A stretch of DNA of 64,000 nucleotides, taken from NCBI GenBank assembly GCA_963708295.1, contig CAVPSJ010000001.1:32001-96000 (forward strand), given 5' to 3'. Under the pieces are notes generated by a model. It saw nothing but the letters and a program-made list of their open reading frames with translations. It was not told where the DNA came from and made no database searches. The DNA is from an uncultured delta proteobacterium (lineage in GTDB: Bacteria; Desulfobacterota; BSN033; UBA1163). Below, in pieces: positions 51,596 through 61,899 of the stretch (the stretch's first letter is position 1; every line of letters begins with the position of its first letter). Both the position numbers and the translations under genes were made by a program.

Positions 51596-51700
51596 GAAGT
51601 TCGGAGTAATAAGTTCAGAGTTCGGAGAACGAAGTCTATAAATTGCCATGGGTTTCGGAGTTTTCTGGTTTTTGGCTCCGAACTCTGAACTCCGAACTCA
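51596..51700. repeat. GAGTTCG/CGAACTC heptamer inverted element
   Basis: gttcagagttcggag ... ctccgaactctgaactccgaactc between pdxJ and acpS. Confidence 0.75.
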
Positions 51701-51706
51701 CCCCTT

Positions 51707-52420
51707 TTATTTAATCTGTTCAATCATTTCCCGGACCGCTTGATCCAAACCCACCAAAACCGCCCGGGCGATAATGCTGTGACCGATGTTGAGTTCTTCG
51801 ATTTCCTTTATTTCTGCGATGCGCCGGACATTCACGTAATTCAGACCATGTCCTGCTGCGATCTGAAGGTTTCGGCGAGAGGCCTCGGCGACTGCATCGA
51901 AAATTCTCTTTAATTCCTCATCTTCCTGCGAAGGAGTCTTCGCATCGCAGTAGTGACCCGTGTGGATTTCGACGACATTGGCGCCCACATCCTCGGAGGC
52001 TTTGATTTGATCTTTTCGGGGATCTACAAAGAGACTGACCGGGATTCCTTCCCTGTGGAGCCTCTGAATGGCCTTTTTGAGAGAGGGGAAGAATTTGATC
52101 ACATCGAGGCCGCCTTCTGTCGTCAATTCTTCCCGTTTTTCCGGAACGAGCGTGACGATATTTGGCCGGGTGGCCAGAGCCATGCGGACCATCTCCTCTG
52201 TGGCTGCCATCTCGAGATTTAATCGAGTCTGAACCACTTCCCGAAGTATTCGGAGATCTCGATCCTGAATGTGACGTCGGTCCTCTCTCAGATGGCAGAC
52301 GATGCCGTCCGCCCCGGCCAATTCCACTAATCCCGCTGCCGTAACAGGGTCCGGATACTTAACCCCCCGGGCTTGTCTGACGGTAGCGACATGATCAATG
52401 TTGACGCCCAATCTCGGCAT
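51707..52420 (-). CDS. pdxJ: Pyridoxine 5'-phosphate synthase
   Basis: [31 protein letters not shown]. Confidence 0.96.
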   Translation of the reverse strand: MPRLGVNIDHVATVRQARGVKYPDPVTAAGLVELAGADGIVCHLREDRRHIQDRDLRILREVVQTRLNLEMAATEEMVRMALATRPNIVTLVPEKREELTTEGGLDVIKFFPSLKKAIQRLHREGIPVSLFVDPRKDQIKASEDVGANVVEIHTGHYCDAKTPSQEDEELKRIFDAVAEASRRNLQIAAGHGLNYVNVRRIAEIKEIEELNIGHSIIARAVLVGLDQAVREMIEQIK

Positions 52421-52436
52421 AAGCAATCTCCGATTT

Positions 52437-52586
52437 ACCCCGTTAGAAAGCCCCACTGCTTGCCCTGTACACCATGCGGTGCAGGGCTTACAGCGAGGAT
52501 GAAAACTATTCGTTTTTCAGCGAACACGGGGTTTAATGTCCTGCGTGAACCTTCCCGCTAGAAAGGAGAACACTTTCTAACGGGGT
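52437..52586. mobile_element. MITE, 150 bp, perfect 14-bp TIR
   Basis: accccgttagaaag (52437-52450) / ctttctaacggggt (52573-52586). Confidence 0.75.
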
Positions 52587-52663
52587 TTACGATAACGACG
52601 AACGTTTAACGATTACCTGCTCCGCCTTCCTCTTCGACCGCTGTTCGGAGGAGAGGTGAGCGT

Positions 52664-53866
52664 TTAGTTTCCGGACAGACGAACCGCATCGGCCACGGCC
52701 AGGGCCTTTTTGGCGTGGGGTACGTCGTGACAACGGATGATATGGGCTCCGTTCAGAACGCCGATCACAATCGTTGAGAGCGTTCCTTCCAGCCGGTTTT
52801 CGACACCGGCATTCAGAATCTTTCCGATGAAACTCTTGCGTGAGGTCCCCAAGAGGAGAGGTTTTCCCAGGATCCGGAATTCGGATAGATGCTTTAGAAT
52901 AAGGAGGTTATCTTCAACTGTTTTTCCAAAGCCGATTCCAGGGTCAATGATGATTTGCCCGGGGTCTACCCCGGCAGATTCAGCCATACGGATGGAATCC
53001 TTCAAGTACCGGATGATCTCCGGAAAAAGGGAGCGGTAATGGACATCCTCCTGCATTGTTTCAGGGGTCCCCCGAGTATGCATGAGGACGAGAGGAGTAT
53101 TCTCTCGAGCAGCGATTTGCGCAAGGCTTGGATCAAAATGTAATCCGCTGATGTCATTGATGATCTGGGCACCTGTTTCGATGGCTTTCTGCGCTACGAC
53201 TGCTTTGTAGGTATCAATCGAAATGGGGACGTCCACTTCTTTTGAAAGAGATTCAATCACAGGAATCACCCGGCGAAGTTCCTCTTCCGGTTCAAGGGGT
53301 TTTGAACCCGGTCGGGTCGACTCCCCCCCGATATCGATGATATCTGCTCCATCTGCAACCATCCCAAGGCCGTAAGAAACAGCCTTTTCCTTATCAAGGA
53401 AAAGGCCTCCGTCCGAAAAAGAGTCTGGAGTGACGTTGAGGATTCCCATCAGGAGGGTTCGTTTCCCCAAAATCAATTCCTTTTTCCGGCAGCGTACGGA
53501 GTAGTGGGTTTTTGAAATATTGTGGAGTGCTTCCTGTAAGGATTGACCAAGACTTCCGAGGGTTGGGTATTGTCCTAATTTGAAAATGAGCTTCTCGAAA
53601 TGTTTCTGAGTTCCCATGAGGAGGGCGTCTGTTTGTTTGATACTGCAATCCAGCCCCCTCCGGTCAAGAGCCACATCCCCGCCCAAGGAGAGCATTTCCT
53701 GTTTGAGGACATTGGCTGCCCTTGGATCGATGCCTTCCACCTTCAGGTTGAAATGGAGGGTTTTCCCCTCCATGAGCTTGACGCCCGTAGGGTCCCCTCC
53801 TACCTCTTTTATTTGATGGATGGCTTCATCGGCATTTGTAATGTGAAGGCATCGAATGAGGTTCAT
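52664..53866 (-). CDS. folP: Dihydropteroate synthase with N-terminal extension
   Basis: MGILNVTPDSFSDGG, GGESTRPG, DPGIGFGK, SRKSF. Confidence 0.95.
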   Translation of the reverse strand: MNLIRCLHITNADEAIHQIKEVGGDPTGVKLMEGKTLHFNLKVEGIDPRAANVLKQEMLSLGGDVALDRRGLDCSIKQTDALLMGTQKHFEKLIFKLGQYPTLGSLGQSLQEALHNISKTHYSVRCRKKELILGKRTLLMGILNVTPDSFSDGGLFLDKEKAVSYGLGMVADGADIIDIGGESTRPGSKPLEPEEELRRVIPVIESLSKEVDVPISIDTYKAVVAQKAIETGAQIINDISGLHFDPSLAQIAARENTPLVLMHTRGTPETMQEDVHYRSLFPEIIRYLKDSIRMAESAGVDPGQIIIDPGIGFGKTVEDNLLILKHLSEFRILGKPLLLGTSRKSFIGKILNAGVENRLEGTLSTIVIGVLNGAHIIRCHDVPHAKKALAVADAVRLSGN

Positions 53867-53871
53867 CTCGC

Positions 53872-55662
53872 CTAAACATTCCCGCCCTTGATAATGGTTT
53901 CGATCTGATTTCCGTCCAGGACCTCTTTTTCAAGAAGGGTATTTGCCAATTTATGGAGGATGGTTACGTTTGCGCTGATAATCTCTTTCGCCTTTTCGTA
54001 ACTTTGGCTGACAATGGTCTTCACTTCATCATCGATCACTCGGGCTGTTTCTTCACTGTAATCTCGGTGCTGGGCAAATTCCCTTCCTAAGAAAATCTCT
54101 TCCTCTTTTTTACCAAACGACAGAGGACCGAGCTTTTCGCTCATCCCCCATTCGCAAACCATTTTTCTGGCGATCTCCGTAGAACGTTCGATATCATTTC
54201 CCGCACCGGTGGTTGGGCTGTTCAACACCAATTCCTCGGCTGCCCTTCCTCCCATCATGACCGAAATATTATTTAGCAAGTAGTCTTTCGGATACGTATG
54301 CTTTTCATCGATCGGGAGCTGCTGTGTGATTCCAAGAGCCCGACCCCGGGGAATGATGGTTACTTTATGAATGGGGTCTGTTCCAGGAATCATACGGGCC
54401 ACCAGCGTGTGGCCCGCCTCGTGAAAGGCAGTAATCCTTCGCTCTTCCAGAGGAATGATCATCGATTTTCGCTCCACACCCATGAGGACTTTATCTTTGG
54501 CTTGTTCGAAGTCAGCCATTTCGACTCGTTCTTTTCCCAGCCGGGCAGCCAGTAAAGCCGCTTCGTTCACGAGATTTTCCAGGTCCGCTCCCGTAAATCC
54601 AGGCGTTCCTCTGGCCAAGAGCGCGAGCTTGACGTCTTCGGATAACGGCGTCTTCTGGGAATGGACCTTTAGAATTTCCTCCCTTCCCTTTACATCGGGG
54701 ACAGGCACGACCACTTGACGGTCAAAACGGCCTGGCCTGAGCAGAGCAGGATCCAATACATCCGGCCGGTTTGTCGCCGCAATCAGAATAACACCTTCGT
54801 TCGATTCAAACCCATCCATTTCAACCAGCAATTGGTTTAACGTTTGTTCTCGCTCATCGTGTCCGCCCCCCAGACCCGCCCCTCGGTGCCTCCCAACGGC
54901 GTCGATTTCATCGATGAAAACGATGCAGGGGGCATTCCGTTTTCCTTGAAGAAAGAGGTCACGCACCCTGGAGGCCCCGACCCCGACAAACATCTCCACA
55001 AAATCGGAACCACTGATACTGAAGAAAGGGACATCGGCTTCTCCGGCAATGGCACGAGCCAGAAGTGTCTTGCCCGTACCGGGGGCGCCGATGAGAAGAA
55101 CGCCTTTGGGGATCCTCCCGCCTAACTTGGTAAATTTCTTGGGATCTCTGAGAAAAGAAATAATTTCCTCAAGCTCGCCTTTCGCTTCTTCGATTCCGGC
55201 GACATTCTCAAACGTGACCTGGTGGAGTTCTTTCGTCAAAATCTTAGCCTTGCTTTTCCCAAAGGAGAGAGCCTTTCCGCCCCCAATCTGCATTTGCCGC
55301 ATGAAAAAGAGCCAAACACCCACCAGGAGGAGCATCGGAGCCCAGTTGACGATGATTTGCATAAGGGAAGTGTCGCTTTCTTTCTGCGCATTGATGACCA
55401 CTCCTTTCTCCCTGAGGATTTTAATCATTTCGGGATCCTCGGGTGCGTAGGTTTTAAAGCGTCTTCCCTCCTTGTTTTTCCAATTCAAGTTTCTACCCAG
55501 GGTCTCAACTTCCTGAACCCGATTGCTCTCCACGGCAGACATAAATTCGGAATAATTTTTTTCTGAAGCTGTTTGACGGGGTCCGCTGAAGAGATGAAAG
55601 AGAAGGACCATGATGATAATAATGACTGCCCAGAAAACCAAATTTTTGTAAAGGGAACTCAA
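53872..55662 (-). CDS. ftsH: ATP-dependent zinc metalloprotease FtsH
   Basis: Two TMs, [13 protein letters not shown]. Confidence 0.97.
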   Translation of the reverse strand: MSSLYKNLVFWAVIIIIMVLLFHLFSGPRQTASEKNYSEFMSAVESNRVQEVETLGRNLNWKNKEGRRFKTYAPEDPEMIKILREKGVVINAQKESDTSLMQIIVNWAPMLLLVGVWLFFMRQMQIGGGKALSFGKSKAKILTKELHQVTFENVAGIEEAKGELEEIISFLRDPKKFTKLGGRIPKGVLLIGAPGTGKTLLARAIAGEADVPFFSISGSDFVEMFVGVGASRVRDLFLQGKRNAPCIVFIDEIDAVGRHRGAGLGGGHDEREQTLNQLLVEMDGFESNEGVILIAATNRPDVLDPALLRPGRFDRQVVVPVPDVKGREEILKVHSQKTPLSEDVKLALLARGTPGFTGADLENLVNEAALLAARLGKERVEMADFEQAKDKVLMGVERKSMIIPLEERRITAFHEAGHTLVARMIPGTDPIHKVTIIPRGRALGITQQLPIDEKHTYPKDYLLNNISVMMGGRAAEELVLNSPTTGAGNDIERSTEIARKMVCEWGMSEKLGPLSFGKKEEEIFLGREFAQHRDYSEETARVIDDEVKTIVSQSYEKAKEIISANVTILHKLANTLLEKEVLDGNQIETIIKGGNV

Positions 55663-55910
55663 GAATTTTCCTCCAACTTTAATAAAATCAACTTAGGGTA
55701 ACACAATATTTCTTTTGTTTCAATCTCTTGTATTCCTTCAGGAGAGTAAGGAGTGAAAGAGGATGGGATTAGCCAGTTGCGCCTAACCTATTGAAATAAT
55801 TTGAGAAAAATTAGAAAGAGGAGGGGGGGCTCTCTTTTTTCTTGAAAAAAAGGTAAAAAAACTTTAGGGTTATCAATACTTAGACTTCAAACCTGAAAAG
55901 GAAAATAGTC

Positions 55911-56600
55911 ATGTCAATCGAACTACTCAAGCGGTGTCCACTTTTTGCAGAGCTAAAAGAGGAAGACCTGAAGAGGATGAGAGCCGTTGCTTCGCTCAGG
56001 CGGGTTGGCAGAAAAGAGATCCTTTTTGGTGAAGGGGAAGAGGCAAAAGGATTTTACGTGGTTCTGTCGGGGAAGGTCAAACTCTATAAGATGTCACCGG
56101 AGGGCAAGGAACAAATTCTCCATATCGTTTCTGCACCGGACGCCTTTGCAGAAGCGGCTCTTTTTCTCGAAGGAAATTATCCGGCTTTTGCGGAAGCTTT
56201 AGCAGATAGCCAGCTGCTCTTCTTTCCAAAGCGAGATTTCATCCAATTAATAGAGAGGAACCCTCAGCTTAGCATCAATATGATTGTCTCTCTTTCTCAT
56301 TTCCTGAGACGATTTGCATCCCTGATCGAAGAACTTTCCCTTAAAGAGGTCTCCTCAAGGTTGGCAAAGTATCTTATCGATCTCTCTATAAAATCGTCGA
56401 AAGAAGGAAAGCATCCCAGAGAGGTGGATCTGGACTTGAGTAAATCTCAGCTGGCTTCGAAATTGGGGACAATCAGTGAAACCCTTTCAAGAACTTTGAC
56501 AAAGATGAAAGCCAAAGGAGTCATTGATGTCAAGAAAAATAGAATCCTTATCCTCAATCGAGGGCTTTTGGAGGAGGTGGCCTCAGGAATGAAAATCTGA
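55911..56600 (+). CDS. Crp/Fnr-family regulator (HcpR/Dnr-like)
   Basis: cNMP-binding fold, no FNR Cys cluster, HTH GTISETLSR. Confidence 0.9.
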   Translation: MSIELLKRCPLFAELKEEDLKRMRAVASLRRVGRKEILFGEGEEAKGFYVVLSGKVKLYKMSPEGKEQILHIVSAPDAFAEAALFLEGNYPAFAEALADSQLLFFPKRDFIQLIERNPQLSINMIVSLSHFLRRFASLIEELSLKEVSSRLAKYLIDLSIKSSKEGKHPREVDLDLSKSQLASKLGTISETLSRTLTKMKAKGVIDVKKNRILILNRGLLEEVASGMKI

Positions 56601-58700
56601 TTTCAAGATAATGGTAGCGTCCACGGCCACAGGTTCCCCCTCCACCACCAGGAGGGGATTGACATCGATTTCCTGAATCTTTTCGAATTTCAGGACCAGC
56701 CCCCCTAATTTGATCAGCCAATCGGCAAGGCTCTCCGTGTTTACCGGTTTTGAGCCTCGATATCCTTTCAGCAAAGCCTGTCCTTCTAAATCCGATACCA
56801 TGCTGAGGACGTCCTTTTGATTGAGCGGGGCCAGACGAAACGCGACATCTTTATACACCTCTGCCCTCACGCCTCCCAGTCCGAGCATGACTGCAGGCCC
56901 AAACTGAGGATCTCGAACAACTCCCGCAATCAGTTCGAGATTACCTTTTAGCATCGGCTGGATCAAAAAAAATTTCGGCTTTATTTTGGCACGGGCCATT
57001 CTTCTATAAGCTGATTTGAGCTGATCAGCATTTTGGAGACTCAACTTCACCAAGCCCGACTCGGTCTTGTGGATTTGGCCTTCAACGATTGCCTTTAAAA
57101 CAATTGGATAGCCTACCTTTTTGGCAGCCTTAAGGATCTCTTCGAGACTCTTTACAGCCACTTCCTTAACCATTTTCAGGTTTAAAGCCTTCAGCCACTT
57201 CTTTGCCTCAAATTCATCTAATACCTTTTTTCCTTTTTCATCGGATAGCAGGATTCGCTTCATTAATGTGCGGGGGATTTGAAATTCGGGCGATGAGATT
57301 TCTAGAGGGGCTCTTCTTGCTCCATCATTTTCGAAGAGGCTGGCCATCACTTTAACGGTGCGCTGGATTTCAAGAAACGTTGGCCAATCCCCCTCTTCCA
57401 GAGTGAGTCGAGTTGGTTCCTTCCCTTTTTCGGGTCCTATTAGCCAGAATAGGATGGGTTTGCAAGGCCTCTTAATACTGGACAAGATTTCCTTCATGTC
57501 CAAGGACCAGATTCCAAACCCAGCAAAAAGATGGACGATGATGCCGTCCACTTCCGGGTCATCATGGAGCACCTCAATCGCATGCTTGTAAGCGAGGGTA
57601 GGTCCGTGTTTTTCCATGGCAGGATAGTAATCCACCGGATTATTAATGGGCATCCAGGCGGGGGACAGCTGCTCCAGTTTCTTCTGGGTTTGCGGCGCTA
57701 AATGAGCTAAGGTTAGGCCATATTTGTCCATGTGATCTGCGGTGACAATTCCTGAAGCCCCACTATAGCTAAATACGGCAATTCTGGGTTTTCCATCAGG
57801 AGGACGTTGCAGGTAAAAATCCTTCTCGAGAGCTCGGGCAACATCCACCATCTCAAAAAAATCATCCGCTTGATGGATACCGGCCTGTTTCAAAACTCCC
57901 CGGATGAGATCGTAGTTCCCTGCCAGAGAGGCAGTGTGGCTGGCGGCAGCTTCAGCGGCCAAAGCGCTTTTTCCTCCCTTCAGCACTACGATCGGTTTGT
58001 CCGACGAACTGGCGAGTTCAAAAAAGCGGCGGCCGTGAACGAAGGATTCTAAGTAAAGAGCAATCACTTTGGTAGCAGGGTCTTTCAGGAGGTACTCCAG
58101 AAGTTCGGTCTCTTCGACATCACTCTTATTCCCGATAGAGCAAACTTTGGCCAGCCCGAGGGTTTTATTGGCCATCAGGGTCGTAATGAAGCCTGCGGAA
58201 AGGAGGCCGCTCTGAACGATGAGAGAGACATGGCCCTGATTCATCGCTCCCTCCCAGGCCTCTGGAATGATAAATGAAAAGACATATCGCCTCGCAATAT
58301 CAATCAGCCCCATGCAATTCGGTCCCCATAGCCGCAGTCGACCTTTCCGAGCGATGTCGAAGCATTGATCCTGCAGGGCCCTGCCTTCGGATCCTACTTC
58401 TGCGAAGCCGCCCGATTGAACAATTGCCCCGCGCACGCCCTTCGTGATGCAGTCTTCCAATATCTGCGGGACAGCTTTGGCCGGGACAAAGATCAACACA
58501 AGATCCAGAGGACCTTCGATCTCCGAGACCTTGGAATAACACTTCAATCCGAGGACCTCAGTATATTTGGGATTGACAGGATAGATGGGGCCCTGATAAC
58601 CGAGGGTCAGATTTTCTACTAAATGTCGTCCGCCATGATAAGGTTCCCGGGTGGCGCCGACCACTGCAATTCCTTTCGGTTCGAAGAAAAAATCTATCAA
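56583..58700 (-). CDS. ADP-forming acyl-CoA synthetase (acetate-CoA ligase family)
   Basis: GPNCMG, QSG, GNKSD, ASHTASLAG, ATP-grasp domain EIDVNP. Confidence 0.9.
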   Translation of the reverse strand: MIDFFFEPKGIAVVGATREPYHGGRHLVENLTLGYQGPIYPVNPKYTEVLGLKCYSKVSEIEGPLDLVLIFVPAKAVPQILEDCITKGVRGAIVQSGGFAEVGSEGRALQDQCFDIARKGRLRLWGPNCMGLIDIARRYVFSFIIPEAWEGAMNQGHVSLIVQSGLLSAGFITTLMANKTLGLAKVCSIGNKSDVEETELLEYLLKDPATKVIALYLESFVHGRRFFELASSSDKPIVVLKGGKSALAAEAAASHTASLAGNYDLIRGVLKQAGIHQADDFFEMVDVARALEKDFYLQRPPDGKPRIAVFSYSGASGIVTADHMDKYGLTLAHLAPQTQKKLEQLSPAWMPINNPVDYYPAMEKHGPTLAYKHAIEVLHDDPEVDGIIVHLFAGFGIWSLDMKEILSSIKRPCKPILFWLIGPEKGKEPTRLTLEEGDWPTFLEIQRTVKVMASLFENDGARRAPLEISSPEFQIPRTLMKRILLSDEKGKKVLDEFEAKKWLKALNLKMVKEVAVKSLEEILKAAKKVGYPIVLKAIVEGQIHKTESGLVKLSLQNADQLKSAYRRMARAKIKPKFFLIQPMLKGNLELIAGVVRDPQFGPAVMLGLGGVRAEVYKDVAFRLAPLNQKDVLSMVSDLEGQALLKGYRGSKPVNTESLADWLIKLGGLVLKFEKIQEIDVNPLLVVEGEPVAVDATIILKSDFHS

Positions 58701-58847
58701 TGGGCTTCCTCCTCTTGAAGGGTCTCAAATGGAATAACTGAGGATAATTATTAACTTATTGGGGACCAAAAGGAAAGATAAAATTGATAAATCAAAAAAA
58801 TGTTGATAAATTGGTCTCATTCCGTATTTTCTGGAAAGGTGGAAGTG

Positions 58848-60183
58848 ATGAGATTGCTTCCGTTATTTAAAAGAGAAGAGATAGGATCCTATCTCTCCCG
58901 TAGCTGGTCAGTGAGCTGGCCAATGACGCTGATCATGGTTTTTGAATTCTTGATCGGTCTTACAGATGTCTATATCGCAGGCAAAGTAAGCAAGGAGATT
59001 CAGGCAACCTATGGTTTTGTCATTCAACTCTATTTTGTTCTTATTGTGATTGCCAATGCCCTCACGGTCGGCACCGTTTCAGTGGTTTCCAGATTATATA
59101 CTTCCGGAGATAAAACCGAGTTAAATAAAGCTGTTTTTTCTTCCGTGATGGCATCGGCAGCGGCTGGAATCGTCCTTGCCATGGCAGGCATCTTTTTCAG
59201 TCCAACGATCATTCAGTATCTCAATATCCCTGAGGAACTCAAACATTTTGCAGTGCCCTTCACTAAAATCTATGCGATGGGTTTGCTCTTTCACTATCTT
59301 CTCATCAATTGTAATGGTATCTTGAGATCCTGTCGGATGGTCAAAAGATCTCTAAAAACGATGGCCCTTGTGTGTGGGTTCAACATTGCACTCAATTTCT
59401 TTTTAGTCTTCCATACGCCGCTGGGATTCAAAGGAATTGCCGCAGCCACGGCTTCAAGCGTGTTCATTGGAAGCATGATCAACCTGGTCTATGTCCGAAA
59501 TATCATGGCCGGGATGAAGTATTTTTCCCTAAACCTGGTGAAAAGGATGATCCATATCGGCTGGCCGATCGGTCTGCTTCAGGTATTGTGGCAGCTTGGA
59601 TCGATGGTCCTTTATCTTGATTTTAAGCGCTTTGCCTGAGCATCGAATCGAAACCTTGGCAGCCCTGACCGCCGGCCTTCGGATTGAGTCGATCATTTAT
59701 CTCCCTGTTTTCGGATTCAATATGGCCAATGCCGTGATTGTAGGGAATCTATTGGGTGAAAAGAAAAAGGAAGATGCTTTTCAGAGCGGAATCATGACCA
59801 TGGTGCTGGGCGTCTGCATTGTTACGTGGATGGTCGTCATCGTGATTTTAAATGCCCGGTGGATCGCTTCCTTTCTATCCAGTGATGCCATCGTGATCCG
59901 GGAAAGTGTTAAATATATTTACATCAGCATGATCAGCGAGCCCTTTATGGCATGGGGAATTATTCTGGGTGGGGGGCTCATCGGGGCAGGAGATACCCGA
60001 AGTGTGCTGATCAGGGTGGCCCTGAGTGTGTGGCTGATCAGAATTCCTTTGGCCTACATTCTTGTCGTTCTCTTAGGGTTTGGAGCAGTTTCGGTCTGGT
60101 GGTCCATGAATATCTCGCAATTTGTTCAGGCCTTCATGATGTCCCAAAGGTACTTCGATCGGAAATGGTTGTTAGAACAATAG
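58848..60183 (+). CDS. MATE-family efflux transporter, +1 frameshift near 59617
   Basis: Two MATE halves across ORFs 58800..59639 and 59596..60183; GAGDT motif. Confidence 0.85.
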
Positions 60184-60247
60184 GGAAACATCCCGTTTAT
60201 TTCAGGGCGCCCGTGGGAAAAGGGATGTGTCTCTGTTTAACGTTTTG

Positions 60248-60288
60248 TTGACTTAGGTCAAGGCATTATTTCATTCTCGAATGATAAT
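60248..60288 (+). promoter_or_regulatory. FNR/HcpR-type box TTGACTTAGGTCAA with -10 GATAAT
   Basis: Palindrome centred about -41 relative to GATAAT (60283-60288), class II geometry. Confidence 0.75.
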
Positions 60289-60299
60289 GAGAGGTAGGA

Positions 60300-60689
60300 A
60301 TGATCATGGAGGCGAGCACGATGAGTTTAAGAAAGAACGGTTTCTCAAAGAGGGAGAAGGATGACATTCGGACATTAATGAAGTTTGCAGGAATTTACTG
60401 CAGAGAAAATCACCCCGGAGAGAAGGCCCCTTTTTCGTTCAAACTTTTCGATGTCAAAGAGATCGAAAAGAAGGAGATCCCCCTGTGCCAGGATTGTACG
60501 CGACTTCTCACTTACGGCTTGACCATGAGAATGAAGTGTCCTCATGATCCTAAACCGATGTGCAAGAAATGTGAGACCCAATGTTACCACGGTGAATATA
60601 AATCAAAGATTCGGGAGGTCATGAAATTTTCGGGAATGTACATGGTGAAACATGGTCGAGTGGATATGCTCTACCATTATTTTAGGTGA
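60300..60689 (+). CDS. ygbA: YgbA-family (nitrous oxide-stimulated promoter) protein
   Basis: IYCRENH..LCQDC..KCP..PKPMCKKC..CY..IREVMKFSG. Confidence 0.85.
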   Translation: MIMEASTMSLRKNGFSKREKDDIRTLMKFAGIYCRENHPGEKAPFSFKLFDVKEIEKKEIPLCQDCTRLLTYGLTMRMKCPHDPKPMCKKCETQCYHGEYKSKIREVMKFSGMYMVKHGRVDMLYHYFR

Positions 60690-60928
60690 AATGCGGGAAA
60701 CCCGGCCAGACCATGCCTCTTCACCCTCATCCAGGTGCTTTAGAAGTCATCCTTTACGGAGTCGAAGGGGAGGGGGCTTTGGCAATTGGAGACGAAGAGA
60801 AACCCTTTAGAAAAGGGGACCTCGTCTTCTGCAAGGGGGAAGTTCCCGTCGGGCCCAAGAACACCGGCCAGGGAAGGTTTATGGTCCTGGTCATTCTTGT
60901 CTTAAAGCAGCTGGTTTCTAAGGGGTGA
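60686..60928 (+). CDS. Cupin-domain protein
   Basis: PGQTMPLHPH, VEGEG, KGDLV. Confidence 0.6.
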   Translation: MKCGKPGQTMPLHPHPGALEVILYGVEGEGALAIGDEEKPFRKGDLVFCKGEVPVGPKNTGQGRFMVLVILVLKQLVSKG

Positions 60929-61895
60929 GCATTTTATAGAGAAGACCGTACCTTACCCCATGGCAACTAATGAAGACAGAGGGGCAACGGAGCTCTTCCA
61001 TGGTCAGATAGAGAATGGCCGCCCCGGCCAAGATCACATCCGCCCTGGCAGCGGGAAGGCCGGGTATCCGTTTCCTCTCAGCGGTCGTTTTAGAACGATA
61101 AAGGAGTAGCTGGTTTTTCAGAGACTCTTTTTTCAGGACAAAATGATGGATCTTTTCTACGACGAATTCTCCTAAACGCTGGTCGACGGAGGCTAAGGTC
61201 GTAGCTGTTCCTCCTACCGCTACCATGGATAACGGTTCTTTCGAATGGGGAATGCCGACCAGTGATTCCAGAATTTTTGCCTTCATCTTCTGCCATTCTT
61301 CTTCTTGAACGGGATCCGAATGCAGAAACTGTTCTGTGAAACGAACGGATCCGAGCGGTAGGCTTATCCATTCCCGGATCTGGTCATCTTTACCAAGGAT
61401 GAACTCAGTGCTTCCTCCACCGATGTCGACGACCAGGAGAGGTTCTCCCGTTTTTGGGAGATCCCTTGCCACGGCCAGGAAAGACAGCTGAGCCTCCTCT
61501 TCTCCCGAGATGACGTCTATGGACAGGTCGAGTTTTTCTTTGACGAATGTCAGGAATTCCCTGGAATTCTTGGCTTCCCTGAGCGCGCTTGTCCCCGCCG
61601 CGAAGATTTTCTGGACTTTCATCGCCCGACACCGTTCCAGGTATCGGGACAATGTTTGCAAGCCCCTCTCCATTGCCTCTTTCGAAAGAATTCCATTTTT
61701 GTGAATTCCCTCACCCAATCGAACAACGGTCTCCATGTCAAGCAGAGGGTTTATTTTGCCTTGACCCACCGCGGCGATGAGGAGGAGGATCGTGTTGGTT
61801 CCGATGTCAATCGACGCCACGCTCCTCACCGAAGAAGGGTCGGATTTTACGGCAGAGTTCCTTTTCGCGTGTTCGACCTTCGATCCCAAAAGCAC
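60918..61895 (-). CDS. Ppx/GppA-family phosphatase
   Basis: IDIGTNT, GTSALR, ISGEEEA, DIGGGSTE. Confidence 0.92.
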   Translation of the reverse strand: MLLGSKVEHAKRNSAVKSDPSSVRSVASIDIGTNTILLLIAAVGQGKINPLLDMETVVRLGEGIHKNGILSKEAMERGLQTLSRYLERCRAMKVQKIFAAGTSALREAKNSREFLTFVKEKLDLSIDVISGEEEAQLSFLAVARDLPKTGEPLLVVDIGGGSTEFILGKDDQIREWISLPLGSVRFTEQFLHSDPVQEEEWQKMKAKILESLVGIPHSKEPLSMVAVGGTATTLASVDQRLGEFVVEKIHHFVLKKESLKNQLLLYRSKTTAERKRIPGLPAARADVILAGAAILYLTMEELRCPSVFISCHGVRYGLLYKMLTP

Positions 61896-61899
61896 CTTC

